A stretch of 64,000 bases of DNA from Octopus vulgaris (lineage: Eukaryota): contig OX597827.1 in the NCBI GenBank assembly GCA_951406725.2, positions 48,980,001 to 49,044,000 on the forward strand. The letters run 5' to 3'. Shown piece after piece: positions 12,440 through 24,166 of the stretch; the first letter of the stretch is position 1; every line of letters begins with the position of its first letter. The notes beneath the pieces are model-generated. The model was not told the origin of the DNA. It did not search any database and saw nothing but the letters and a program-made list of their open reading frames with translations. The position numbers and the translations under genes were made by a program.

Positions 12440-12660
12440 CACACCTTTCAATGCCGTGTATGGCATAAGGTCTGCAGATCTAAGAGAGGCCTCAAAAGAT
12501 ATTTTAAGATCCACAAAGATCAGAACTTAACTGCAGCTCTTGGTGTCCAGATCGGATATACAAACTATGTGGGTCTTTTTCAATACATTGTCTAGTATAA
12601 AAAGCCACATCAAACGCCATGATAGATCTAAGGTGCGGGTACAAGAGGTGTTCAGTCTCT
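12440..12660 (+). pseudogene. C2H2 zinc-finger-like coding relic (possibly a LINE 3' end)
   Basis: Translates as FQCRVWHKVCRSKRGLKRYFKIH and ..SSIKSHIKRHD; homologous fragment at 34370-34465. Confidence 0.45.
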
Positions 12661-12779
12661 ATATATATACACACATATATATATATATATCTTGCATCTA
12701 TTTTCTTTCCTTTCCTCTACCTCACTCTCTATTTTGTATCACATCTAAACTAACTATGATTTAACCATCCTCTCACACC

Positions 12780-12831
12780 GTCTCCGATGAAGGAATATAA
12801 TTAATAAATATCCTGGAAACAGCTGTAAGAC
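12780..12831 (+). ncRNA. Type I hammerhead motif, CCGAUGA core variant
   Basis: GUCU-CCGAUGA-AGGAAUAU..AUAUCCUG-GAAA-CAGCUG-UA-AGAC, with palindromic stem III ACAGCUGU. The downstream tail 12905-13018 recurs at 24258-24365. Confidence 0.7.
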
Positions 12832-13019
12832 CTTCTATCTATGAAAGCTCTAATATCTACACAACCTTGGTTTTTTTATCTCATTACGCAAAAATTCTTA
12901 CACATATAAAACGACGAAAATATTTTAACAAATTGAATTTTAAATGTTGAAGTGAATCTAACGGTTTTTGCGTGTTTCTTAAATGGCTCATAAATACCTT
13001 CCCCGCTGCAATTGTATTT

Positions 13020-13023
13020 ATAC

Positions 13024-13098
<75 letters not shown>

Positions 13099-13274
13099 TA
13101 TATATGTATGTATATATATGTATATATATATATGTATATATATATATATGTGTATATATATATGTATATATATATGTATATATATATGTATATGTATATA
13201 TGGATATATATGTATGTATATATATATATATATGTATATATATATGTATATATGTATGTATATATATATATATG

Positions 13275-13329
<55 letters not shown>

Positions 13330-13418
13330 GTATATATATATGTATATATATGTATATATATATATATGTATGTGTGTATGTATACATATGTATATATTCA
13401 TATGCATGTATGTATATA
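13020..13418. repeat. (TA)n/(TATG)n microsatellite
   Basis: Directly visible. Confidence 0.95.
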
Positions 13419-13419
13419 A

Positions 13420-13715
13420 GCGCGTGACAAGAAACTTGCTTCCAACCACATTGTTCCGGGATCAGTCTCACTGCGTCGCACCATGGGCAACTGTATTCTA
13501 CTATAGCCTCGGGCCGACCAAAACCTTGTGAGTGGATCTGATAGGCGGAAACTGAAAGAAGCACGTTGTATGTATATATATATATATTGTTGGTGCATTT
13601 ACGTCACCGTAACTTAGCGGTTCGGCAAAAGAGACCGATAGAATAAGTACTAGGCATACAAAGAAAAAGTCCTGGGGTCGGTTTGTTCGACAAAGGGCGA
13701 TAATCCAGCGTGGTC
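13420..13715 (+). mobile_element. SINE family D (internal microsatellite)
   Basis: CTTGCTTCCAACCAC..CTATAGCCTCGGGCCGACCAAA..GGAAACTGAAAGAAGC-(TA)n-..CGGTTCGGCAAAAGAGACCGATAGAATAAGTACTAGG. Homologs at 16930, 20455 and 52240. Confidence 0.8.
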
Positions 13716-13971
13716 GCGCACATGCGCGCTAATTGTAATGTGCTCGAATGCAAATGATGCTATAAATGATTATAAATGATTGAAGCCGAAATACGATCGA
13801 GACCACCAAAAGTGAGCGACAAAGATGAATCGATACCATCGACCCCAATGCTTGACTGATATTTCAATTTGTCGACCCTTAGAGAATGAAAGACAAATTT
13901 GGCTTTGTATGGGGATTTGAACGCAGAACGGAATGACGTACAATGAAAGTTAAAATGATTTCAGGTGCTTA

Positions 13972-14002
<31 letters not shown>

Positions 14003-16192
14003 GGGATTTGTTGGAATGTTGGCGATGATGATAATGATGATGATGATGACAACGACTATGCCGATGGTGATGGTGGTGGCGATGTGGAGAATGATGACAA
14101 ATATTGATTTGGACGTCGGTTTTCTTTTTCCAAGAATGTATTGAAAACCGAAGCCTAATTATCTTTTTTAGACTGTTGCGTCGACAATAAAACGACGAAG
14201 AACTTTTTGGGAAGGAAAAAACATCAAAGTGTCAAATTTAGTTGGGAACGACTCGGCGCAGGGTGGTTACTGAGATTGATATGAAGTCAGGTGTTAAAAT
14301 CACGTAGATTCTGTGAGAGAAAATGAGAGAAAAGAATAATGGTAAGGCAATCAATGAATGGCACTACGATATTGATGGGACTTCACTGCAAAATACGAGC
14401 AATATAAACTGTGTTATGATAGCAATAATGGTTATAATAGCGCATCGTATATATAAAAAAAGGTAATTCTTTCTTGTTCTCCCTCAGCCTATTATTTCAA
14501 AGAATTGGACATTTATTTTGTCTTTAACGCAAGTAAAACCATAAAGAAGAAAACGAAGAAAGAAAAACCTATTTTCACAGAGAATCAGATTTCGTTGCAA
14601 TTAAAGCATTGTTTCGAGGGGCAATTTCTCCATGACTTGTAGTAAAAAGGTTGATATCAAAAGAATTTCGAATAACGTTGGGATTTGCTATACATTTACT
14701 TCTATACTGAAACTTTCGTTTCCCAATCTAACGGGAAAATTTACTCTACACAGAATAAAGATCAGGTTTCAATTTAAGAATGCAATTTAGTATTGTTCTT
14801 TGTTCCTTGATTGCCTAAAGGACATCAATAACGTTTGATCCCTATTCTCTGACATCAATGCAGATGAATTTTAGAAGTTTCTCATGTTCCCCCTTCATTC
14901 CCTTCCAATTATATGAAACCACCTCTAGGTTAATGAAACGAAGTATAGCAATTTATTTCCCAGGCAAAAGCTCATGACCAGAACTAGTTAATAGTGTGAC
15001 TGCAATGAGTTAATCACAGTATTAATATTGGTGATTATTGATCTCTTTTTGTAATTCATTATGCGAGGTTTTATTAGCTAAAGGCTCTGCACAGCTAAAT
15101 TGTTCCCTGTATATTGTTGCTACTCGTCAATCGCAGCATGAAATCAACTTCAGCATGGTATGAATATTTTCTACAGCTTTCATGTAACAAATTCTATATG
15201 AGAATAAACTGGATCATTAAAACCCTTATAACAAACATAAGAACCACCGAGGGAGCTTCTTTACAATGTCCGTCCAATCATAGTCTACCGTTGGAAAAAG
15301 GAATATACTGGGAAATGTAGTTTAAGATACATTTTGAGTCGAACAATGAGACGGGATGGGCATGCATGGATTGACTTGTGCAAAGTTGTGGTTATTGAAG
15401 GGAAATTTCGGTTAAAAACAGTATACCAAAAATAGGGTCTCATCAAGGATTGAGGCACACTACATTAGTCGAATTGTTTCAGAATCTGTCAGTATTCAGA
15501 ATATATATTAGGATTGCGTGATTTAACAATAATCATACGAAAATAACTATGTAACACACTATAAGTCTTAATCTTTAACTGAATCTGTATAAAAGCTACG
15601 TTTGGCATTTTTTTTTTTCTAAATTGAACAGAGGAGAAAGGTGTATCTTTCCTTCGGAATATAGTTTAAGCGTGTGAAAGGCAGTTACCACTCAGGAGAT
15701 TCTGCAAATAGAGCAATTCTCTATAGTGAAACATGCAAATACATTTGTACAAATGAGGGATTGGTGTTTTTTTTAATGCTACTTTCTGTTTCTTTAAAAG
15801 CGATGCAAGAAACCGAACCGTAGCATATTGTCCAGAAACACATGACGAATATATCTCTCAATTGCTCGATGTATGGCAGGTTATATATTACTTTCTTCTT
15901 TTACTTGTTTCAGTCATGTGACTGCGGTCACGCTGGAGCACCACCTTAAAAAGAATTACACTTAGCAGCGCTTAGTTCTGCTAAGTGCGCATATGATTAG
16001 TAAAATATATATACATACATACATACATACATATATTCGTTTTATAAGATTTCTTGATGTGAATTCGTGTGTTAAAACAGGTATTGTTGAATTTGGGGAC
16101 GGTCATGTTGCCAGTTTAGCCAATGGAAACACACGCACTATATATTTGGTGTCCACTTGCGTTAGCTTTATTTTATATTAATTGTATTTCGG

Positions 16193-16222
16193 CCACAGAT
16201 CTTTCGTGACACTCATTAGTGG
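16193..16222 (-). ncRNA. Degenerate hammerhead motif
   Basis: CCA-CUAAUGA-GUGUCAC-GAAA-GAUC-UG-UGG; palindromic AGAUCU stem III, core and cleavage site mutated. Confidence 0.45.
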
Positions 16223-16698
16223 TCTTTACTTTCTTCTTTTTTTTCTTGTATGTGTCTCTCCTTACTAATGATCTGCCATTTTGTATTCGTATTACATGTG
16301 TCGTTATTTGCGCATGCATATATCCCTGTGTGTCTATGACAGAATAAGATCCCCATAAACTGATAATAATATGAATACAATATAATACACAGATAAATAA
16401 ATGGAATTAAATAACTATATGCATAAACAAAATAAATTAAATTAATACAAAAAATAGAAAGAAAAGATAAAGTAAGTAGATAAAAACAAATGAATAAAAT
16501 AAATAAAAGTAAATTAAACGAACGTGTATAAACAGGGGATTCTGATAATACAGGCACATTCCCCCCACATACTCACATACTAAACATAGACACACAGGGA
16601 TATACACCTGCGCAAGTAAAGACACATACAATAGGAATACAAAATGACATGTCATTAGTAAGGAAAGACACACACAAAAGAAAGAAGAAGCCAAAGAA

Positions 16699-16738
16699 CC
16701 ACTGATGAGGTCAGAGAAGTGTGACGAAAGAACTCTGG
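16699..16738 (+). ncRNA. Minimal type I hammerhead motif
   Basis: CCA-CUGAUGA-G GUCA gagaagug UGAC-GAAA-GAAC-UC-UGG. Confidence 0.65.
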
Positions 16739-16840
16739 CTGAAATACAATTAATATAGAATAAAGCTGAAGCAGGTGAACACCAAATATATAGTGCGTGT
16801 GTTTATATTGGCTAAACTGTCAACATGACCATTCCCAAAT

Positions 16841-16889
<49 letters not shown>

Positions 16890-16929
16890 CGAGTGTGTAT
16901 GCGAGTGTGTGTGTGAGTGTGTGTGTGTA

Positions 16930-17090
16930 TGCGTGGCTGTGTGGCAAGTAGCTTGCTTACAAACCACATAGTTCTGGGTTCAGTCGTACTGTGTGGCACC
17001 TTGGGCAAGTGTCTTCCACTATAGCTTCGGGCCGACCAAAGCCTTGTGAGTGGATTTGGTAGCCAGAAACTGAAAAAGGCCCGTCGTATA
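16930..17090 (+). mobile_element. SINE family D 5' half
   Basis: GCGTGGCTGTGTGG..GGGTTCAGTC..CACCTTGGGCAAGTGTCTT..GGAAACTGAAA. Confidence 0.85.
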
Positions 17091-17134
17091 TGCATATGTA
17101 TGCGTGTGTATGTTTGTGTGTCTGTGTTTGTCAT

Positions 17135-17326
17135 TTTGAAATACAGATACAACAGAAACAGGAAGAAAGAGTGAGAGAAGGTTGTCAGGAAAGAATACAG
17201 CAGGATTCGCTAACACCCGCTGCCGGAGCCTGATAGAGCTCCATGTGTTTTCGCTCAATAAACACTCACAATACCCAGTCTGGAAATCGAAACCGCGATC
17301 CTACGACCGCTGCCCTAACCACTGGG
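17135..17326 (-). mobile_element. SINE family C fragment
   Basis: AATCGAAACCGCGATCCTACGACCGC..GCCCTAACCACTGGGC. Confidence 0.8.
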
Positions 17327-18081
17327 CTATATATATATAGCAAAACTGGAAACTGTAAAATATTTTGGCATTATTTATTCACTATTACCCATGTTTCGTT
17401 TGCTAGTAGGAATTACGAGGTTTTACATGTTAGATAAACGCATAAAAAAAATCCTGGCAGCAATTTGTCAAACAAAGAAACAAATAATACAGATAACATG
17501 TTATTTGTTTCTCTTTCTGAAGAAGTTCTAATAGGAAATATCATACATGTTTATCTAACATTTAAATCTAACAAGTGCAATGGTAAATAAATAAAAACAA
17601 ATAAATAAAACCAAAACATTTTTCCAATGTGTTGTTTTGTTAAATAAGTCTGCAAACAATATTTTCAGAATTTTAGCATTAATATCTATCTTGCGTCAAT
17701 GCAACAATGCCAGCATCTACACACTGAATTATAGTACTGGAACAAGCAGATGTGCTTCGAGAGAAAACTTTGGATTTATAAATGTGTGTGTATATATACA
17801 CATATATATAAGTTCAGTCAAATTTGGATTTAGTTGAATATGGTACTTAAGTTAAAGGCACCAGAATTTAGTATGGTATTATCCATATAATTCAAAATGG
17901 CGTGATTACAATCAAAATAAACAACAAGGATATCCAGAGGTATATATATAATTGTTACTATAGAACAACTACAATGATTGAAATAAGAACTAAAACGCTC
18001 CAACGTTGTATTTAAACCACATAATTGTATACATATATATTGACAGGGACTGTAAGTACTCGAGAGCACTAGTCGAGTATT

Positions 18082-18133
18082 CCTTATACTTACGTGTTAG
18101 TTTCGGCTAATTCCGTAGCCTCATCAGTAGAGG
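18082..18133 (-). ncRNA. Type I hammerhead ribozyme motif
   Basis: CCUCUA-CUGAUGA-GGCUA cggaau UAGCC-GAAA-CU aacacgua AG-UA-UAAGG; canonical core, 5-bp stem II. Confidence 0.75.
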
Positions 18134-18244
18134 GTTAAAATACCTATATATATATATATATATATATATAAGTAACAATGAAGGGTGAAATTAATTAATT
18201 TGAATCTCAAAATTCAATATACAACCATTCATGATTGTTTGTAT

Positions 18245-18337
18245 CCTGCGCTGATGAGAGAAGAAGTCTGGGTAAGGTAGAATTATCTAATTCTTATGAT
18301 TTCCTAAGACTTGATCTCAGAAACGTACGTCCGTAGG
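18245..18337 (+). ncRNA. Type I hammerhead ribozyme with extended stem II
   Basis: CCUGCG-CUGAUGA-[GAGA..AAGUCU..AGAAUUA uc UAAUUCU..AGACUU..UCUC A]-GAAA-CGUACG-UC-CGUAGG; GUC site, palindromic ACGUACGU stem III, 6-bp stem I. Confidence 0.8.
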
Positions 18338-20454
18338 TGACTTAAAACTGTATGATAGATTGCCGTTAATTCATTCTCTCTTACCTGTTTGTGTTTGCCT
18401 TTCAAATGCTGTGTCTTTACTGTGATCTCCCTTTTAGTAGAAGAAATAGCTATAATCTCTTTGACTGCTATTTCTAAATTCGGTGTGCGGTAAGGCAATT
18501 CGTTGCTAAACCCTTAATTGCTTATATATATATATATATATATATTATATATGTATATGACTAGGGCGTTAAAACACTTATTCGCCATAAATATCTATGG
18601 ATGGATTATAGTCCCTGTCAGTACATATGTATATTATTACGTCCTTTAACTACAACATGAAAGGTTTTGTTTCTTATTTTTAGCAACGTAGGTGTTCTAA
18701 CACACTTGTCACATATAGTGACAACTGTAGTTTTCCTTTTTGGTAAAATATTGCAGACAGGTGTCTATATTTTTTTTATATACATATTAGCGACTCGCTA
18801 AATCAGACCTAGATTTTTATGGTAATTTTTCCCATAAATTTCAGGCCTTGTGTCCATAGTAGTAGTAGTAGTAGTCACGATTTGCAAAAATGTGTTCTAT
18901 TCGGATTCAATGTCCTTGATTCCAAGTCAAAACCAGCTTCCTTAGATATCGAAAACCTTTCTTACATTCCCTGCTGTTTCCAAGAGAACAGATTTCTGAA
19001 TCAATGCAACTCTTGTAGTTACACCAATCTCAATAAGCGATGCATGGCAGAGTTTATACAACTGCGAACAGAATGCAGTGTAGTACAAAGTTTGACCAAT
19101 CTCTATCCTTCGCGGATCGACTTTTAGTTTTGGTTTTCTACCCTTCCCCCCGACTTCAATTACAAATATATCCAAAGAAGGATATATTATATACATTTGT
19201 TGACAAAGTTTGAAAAGCATAAAACATGTAAAGGTAGCGTGCATTAGTAATGAATATATATACAGTCGTTTGATGAAGGCATACTCCATATTCACTTTCA
19301 TTTATGCACAGCTGGAGATATGGAAAAAAACTCTGTTTCATATGTATATAATATATAAAATATATGTATATATATATATATATATATGACGAGAGAGCGA
19401 GAAAAAGAGTGATATGTATGTGTGTATATATATGGCGAGAGAAATATATATATACATACATACGTATGTATTTATGTGTGTATGTAGGTAGGTATGTATG
19501 TGAGTATGTATGTATGTATAAAAAAAGAATATATTTATATATACATCTATGGGGAGAGGGAGAAAGAAAGAGTGATGTGGGCATGTTTATATATATATAT
19601 ATACACACACACGTACACACATATATATCTATATAAATTCCTATGTGTATGCATGTACATTGAAGCGTTGGTAGGGAGGAATTATTTCGCCTTTTTCTTC
19701 TTGATATGGCATTTAAAAATCCCAATATCAAATTTCCAGAGATGCTGGAGTGTTGGTTATAATAATAATGATAACACTTAATACATTTATATATCACTTT
19801 CTACATGTGTGTTTGTGCGCGTGTTTGAGTGTGTATTTTATGTCTTTCCATATGTGAGTGTGTGTATGTAAGATATTCCACCACTTGTATTTACATAGAT
19901 TTTTATCTAGTAACCCCTTCGCCACCGCATCGTTAACCTCTATGATAACTGTCTAGATTCACATTAGTTGGTTTCAAAACATTAGTGAGTTTTCGGTGTG
20001 TAATTGGTCCATTAGTCAAATTTTCTATCTAAAAATTCGAAAGACAATAATTCAACTAATATAGCGTATGCTACCGATAATGTTCAATAACCGATTGACA
20101 CATTTGATCTCCAGCATAGCAAATCAAAGAGAGACTCGACTGCAATGTTCATAATTCATAATGGCGTAATACAAAATTCGCCGACCTCAACTGCGTAAAA
20201 GTATTACGTTTAAAAAGAAAAAAAAAGAAATAATAAGGCTTTAGGTGTTTAAAATATAGGAAAATGGTTCTAAGATTAGTAATGGTATACGAAGTTTACG
20301 AATTCGGTGTTAATTCAGGATGTACTACACGTGAATTCCGGTTGTTATTTTTTTTAGATAATATATAATGTAAAAGTACCACTTTGAATAGATGTTCAAT
20401 ATTTAATTCCAAACTTCTTACCATGAGGTTAATATTGAACATCTATTAAAAGCC

Positions 20455-20740
20455 ATCGTTGCGGGTTGAGTCCCGCTGCGTAGCACCTTGGGCAAGTGTC
20501 TTGTACTATAGCCCCAGAGCAAGTGTTTTTTTTAATATAGCCCAGGGCAACCAAAGCCTTGCGAATGGAAACTGAATGTGTGTGTGTCATGAGAGAGAAA
20601 GAGAGAGAGAGAGAGTGTGTGTGCCTGTGTATCTGTGTTTCTCCCCCACCACATATTGACAAACGTTTATGGTGTGTTTAAACTTCCCAAAATTAGAGGT
20701 TCGGCAAAACAGACATAAAGAATAAGTACTGGGCTTGAAA
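20455..20740 (+). mobile_element. Degenerate SINE family D
   Basis: CACCTTGGGCAAGTGTCTT, GGAAACTGAA and GGTTCGGCAAAA..GAATAAGTACT motifs. Confidence 0.7.
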
Positions 20741-20902
20741 AATATTATTTCGAGCGATCAATTCGTTCCCTATTCGGCTATTCAGCAAGTAAATTTATAT
20801 TGCGCTATACAGTGTTTTAAATAAGATGGAAAGTATACCATCAAATAAGAGAAGATTTTAGCCTCGCTATGAAAGCTAAATAAAAATGGTCGTCTCCACT
20901 AG

Positions 20903-20978
20903 AATTATCTCTCTGTGTACAGAGAAATGTTGGACACATCTGATGTGTTTCTGTTAGATCTTCATCAGAGAAATAATT
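20903..20978 (-). ncRNA. Candidate hammerhead motif (weak stem II, displaced stem I)
   Basis: CUGAUGA-AGAUCUAACA-GAAA-CACAUC a GAUGUG-UC; the stem I partner lies about 20 nt further downstream. Confidence 0.35.
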
Positions 20979-21224
20979 TTTTATAATAAAGGTACAATAT
21001 CAGCAATGTTAATCGAAGATATTCGGTACCATCCACTTCAGTATTTGACTGATATTTTATTTCATTGGCCCCCAAAATGAGGGAATACTAATTTGACCTA
21101 TGTAACATTTGAACACGAAACTTTTAGAACCGGAATGAACCCTGTAATTTTGTTTAGATTCCCCAACGTTTGCGCCAGTTCGTCGCCTTCTTTTCTTTTA
21201 ATTATAATAATAAACCTTTCTAAT

Positions 21225-21614
21225 AAAGGAACAAAGCGTGAAAACTTTGGGGACGGGGCTCGGTGATTACATTGATCCCAGTGACTAATTAGTACTTATT
21301 TTACCAAGCACGAAAGGATCAAGTGCTAAGTCCACCTCGGTGGAATTTGAACTCACAACGTAAGGACGGACGAAATGCCGCTAAGCATTTCGCGTGCTAA
21401 TGACCCTAACAACTCGCCGCCTTAACAATAATAATACCAATAACAATGGTTTCACAGTTTGGTGCAAGGCCAGCAATCTTTGGTGGAGGTTTTAATCGAT
21501 TGAAGCGAACCCAGTATTCGAGCTGTACTTTCTATCAGCAAACATGAGAGCTTTGAAAGGCAAACTTGACCTCAGCGGGATTTGAACTCAGAACGTAAAG
21601 ATCCCGACATATCA

Positions 21615-21655
<41 letters not shown>

Positions 21656-21900
21656 TAATAATAACCATCATATTCGTTGCACGGAGAGGTTACCAAGATA
21701 AAGTACGGGTACTACTTCAATCTATTTTCCATAACATAGTGTTAACCAAGTGAATTCCGATTACATTGTGTCTGATTTAGGCACAGAGCGGCAGTTTCCA
21801 GCGGAGGGAAGAATTCGATACAGTATTTGGATGGTGCTTTAGTTTATTGTGCCATGAAGGATGAAAACAATGTTCTCTTCGGTGTGATTTGAACTCAAAA
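21225..21900 (-). mobile_element. Cluster of degenerate SINE family A copies with (AAT)n
   Basis: GGAATTTGAACTCA(C/G)AACGTAA-like motifs near 21345, 21585 and 21890. Confidence 0.65.
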
Positions 21901-22576
21901 CATATGGCACTACAAATTAAGTATATGAACAGCATTAAATGAAAAGCGTTTATAATTTACGGGGATGTATTTGCATAGCAAATGATCTAATCTGAGATCA
22001 TGTGCTGAAACGAAAAACAATTAATATGAAGGCGATAGTGATCGAAATAGAAAATTACAAGAAACTGGAAGAAATGTGTGGAGATAGTATTGACCCACCA
22101 GAAGTAAGGGTGGAATTCAAAGAATTGCCACCAGTAGTGGATTTAGTAGAAATTGAACCTCTAATGAAATACTACAAAAAGTAAATAAGTATGTTAAATT
22201 GACAGGAAAAAAAAGAAAAGAAAAAAGAAAGAGGAGGAAAACAGAAAGAGTAAAGTGTTTTATGTTATGTTTAAAAAATATTGAAAAACAGAACAATTTT
22301 AGAGAACGTATATAACGGTTCAAATAATTGTAATGGTATACGATAATTAATTGTTATGTAAATACATGATAAAAACAGACTGTTTAAAAAGATTAATGGT
22401 AATGCATGTGATGAGGGGTGCAATGCAGCCATTCATAACCTCATTGTTATGAGTCATCTCAATCATATTTGTTCTATGTATTGTCCCCTCTGTGGTGTCC
22501 TGTCTGTCCTTGTTTGTCCCCCTCTATTTCGGCCCCTTGTGTCTAATAAAAAGATCGAAACGAAAAACAATTGCAT

Positions 22577-23543
22577 CATGGAAGATGTTTATAAGCCACT
22601 TAAAACACAAACAAAAACCGTTAGATTCACTTCAACGTTTAAATTTAAAGAAACAAAAGCGACAAAAAAGGGGAGCGATGGAGTCGTCAGCCCGAAGAGA
22701 AGGAAGAAGGCAAAATCAAGGGAAGTGTTACAGAAAGCTACAGCAGAAGAAGAGAAGACAGACATAAATGAAATAGAGCTGCTTGAAACACAAGAAGAGA
22801 AAAGACTAGAAGGTGCAAAGACCAGTGAGTTTAAAAGTGAGCATAAAGGAGTCCTGATTATTTTACAAGAAATCAATAGATGCAGAGAAGAAAATATCAA
22901 AGTGGAAAAAATTGGTGAGAGTGAAACTGGGATCTTTTCGGTTTGAACGGCAGTTTATTCTAGCGGTGCCATATGAGATTGTCACCCATAATTATGACCC
23001 TAGTATCGATCTATTGCATTTCAATCTGTTTTAGGGTTAGAGTTAGGGATGGGAGGAAGGGTGTCTTTTTTTCTTCAGAAATGTAAATAAACCCAATATG
23101 TTTCTTAAACGAAGGACATTTTCATACGACACAGAATGTTTTCACTTCAATAGACGTCATTGATTGATTGAAATAGCAGAAATTGAAGAAAAAAAAACAA
23201 CCAATATCTCACAAACTATAGAATTTTCTCAATAAAGCCAAGAGAAAAAGATGTTTTATAAACACATTCTACCAGTATACGAAGTTTAAATATGTTTAGT
23301 TACGTGGAAATTACTTTAAAAACTGCCGGTCAAACCTAAACGATCCTGAAACTGCCTATGTGGAGGTTCCCAGAGTAGGAAAGGTGTGTGATAGTGAGAG
23401 AGTCAGCGAGCAACGAACTGTGGAGACATTACAGAGAGTTTATGGCAGGAATGGATGGGCTTGTGTACTATAAGGCAAGGCCGCCGTTTGTGGACTATAC
23501 AAGGCTGGAACATTTCAAGATAGAGGAAATAAATTTGGAATAA
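22577..23543 (+). pseudogene. Lys/Glu-rich coding relic interrupted by a MITE
   Basis: The frame MEDVYKPLK..EKIGESET continues AYVEVPRVGK after the MITE and one TSD copy are removed, then shifts frame to ..ELWRHYREFMAGMDGLVYYKARPPFVDYTRLEHFKIEEINLE*. Family unknown. Confidence 0.4.
22930..23346. mobile_element. MITE with 27-bp TIRs and 8-bp TSD (GG termini; Merlin-like signature)
   Basis: TIR GGATCTTTTCGGTTTGAACGGCAGTTT versus the reverse complement of the right end (3 mismatches). TSD TGAAACTG at 22922-22929 and 23347-23354. Internal TTAGGG-like repeats. Confidence 0.9.
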
Positions 23544-23771
23544 ACATTTTGGTTGAAAAAAAAATGTGAACTATTTCTGTTAAGAAGAAAATTATGAAAT
23601 TTTTTCGAGAATGTGTTGTGAAAAATAATGAGAAAGAAATGAAGAGAAAAAACTGTCTAACTGTAACGACTCGACTTCAGAGGTCGATTGGGCATTCCGC
23701 CTCATTGTATTATCTTTTTCATAATTCATTCGTTTCTTAAGGTTTTACTTCTTTTCTATTTTTATTTTTAA

Positions 23772-24166
23772 CTAGCAGTATCGCCCGGCGTTGCTCGGGT
23801 TTGTAAGGGAAATAACTATATAAGCATTTTTAGAGATGTAAAGTATAATAGCCATCTCAATATGGCTAACCACAAAGGGGGGTGTTACTGTAGCTTTTTA
23901 CGTTCTGAGATTTAATAATACATTTTTAGAGAGTTACTCCCCTTATATAATAACAAAAAAATGCATTAAAAATGGGAAAAAATGATGGTAATTTTTTTTT
24001 TAAATCGTAGACTCATCGTAGACGTGCGCTAATACCCAGAAGGGCTCGATATGAATCACGACTATAAGATACCCGGTTTTGGTTACACTGCACCGCAAAA
24101 TGTGGGAGTAGTTAGGAATCTAAATCATAGGAGACAGACACACAACTTCACTTTTATATATAAAGA
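23772..24166 (-). mobile_element. Non-autonomous Helitron
   Basis: Minus strand begins A|TCTTTATATATAAAAG and ends with the CCCGAGCAACGCCGGG hairpin followed by CGATACTGCTAG|T; A/T insertion site, no TSD. Confidence 0.85.

Larger units (their letters stand above)
16082..16850. repeat. Inverted pair (~260-bp arms) of an HHR-bearing repeat, spacer ~250 bp
   Basis: 16082-16338 is a diverged reverse complement of 16585-16850. Related inverted cassette at 28950-29236. Bounded by (TA)/(CATA) repeats. Confidence 0.85.

Noticed and set aside
12972-13564. Long YI/IY/CV-rich ORFs (also near 27256-28126, 31119-33026, 38819-39342 and elsewhere)
   Set aside because: Translations of (TA)n/(CA)n microsatellites that lack stop codons; not genes.
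14100-15900. Unique-looking AT-rich stretch examined for exons
   Set aside because: No recognisable peptide or convincing splice-bounded frame.
17515-17555. CTGAAGA...GAAA
   Set aside because: No consistent stems I-III.
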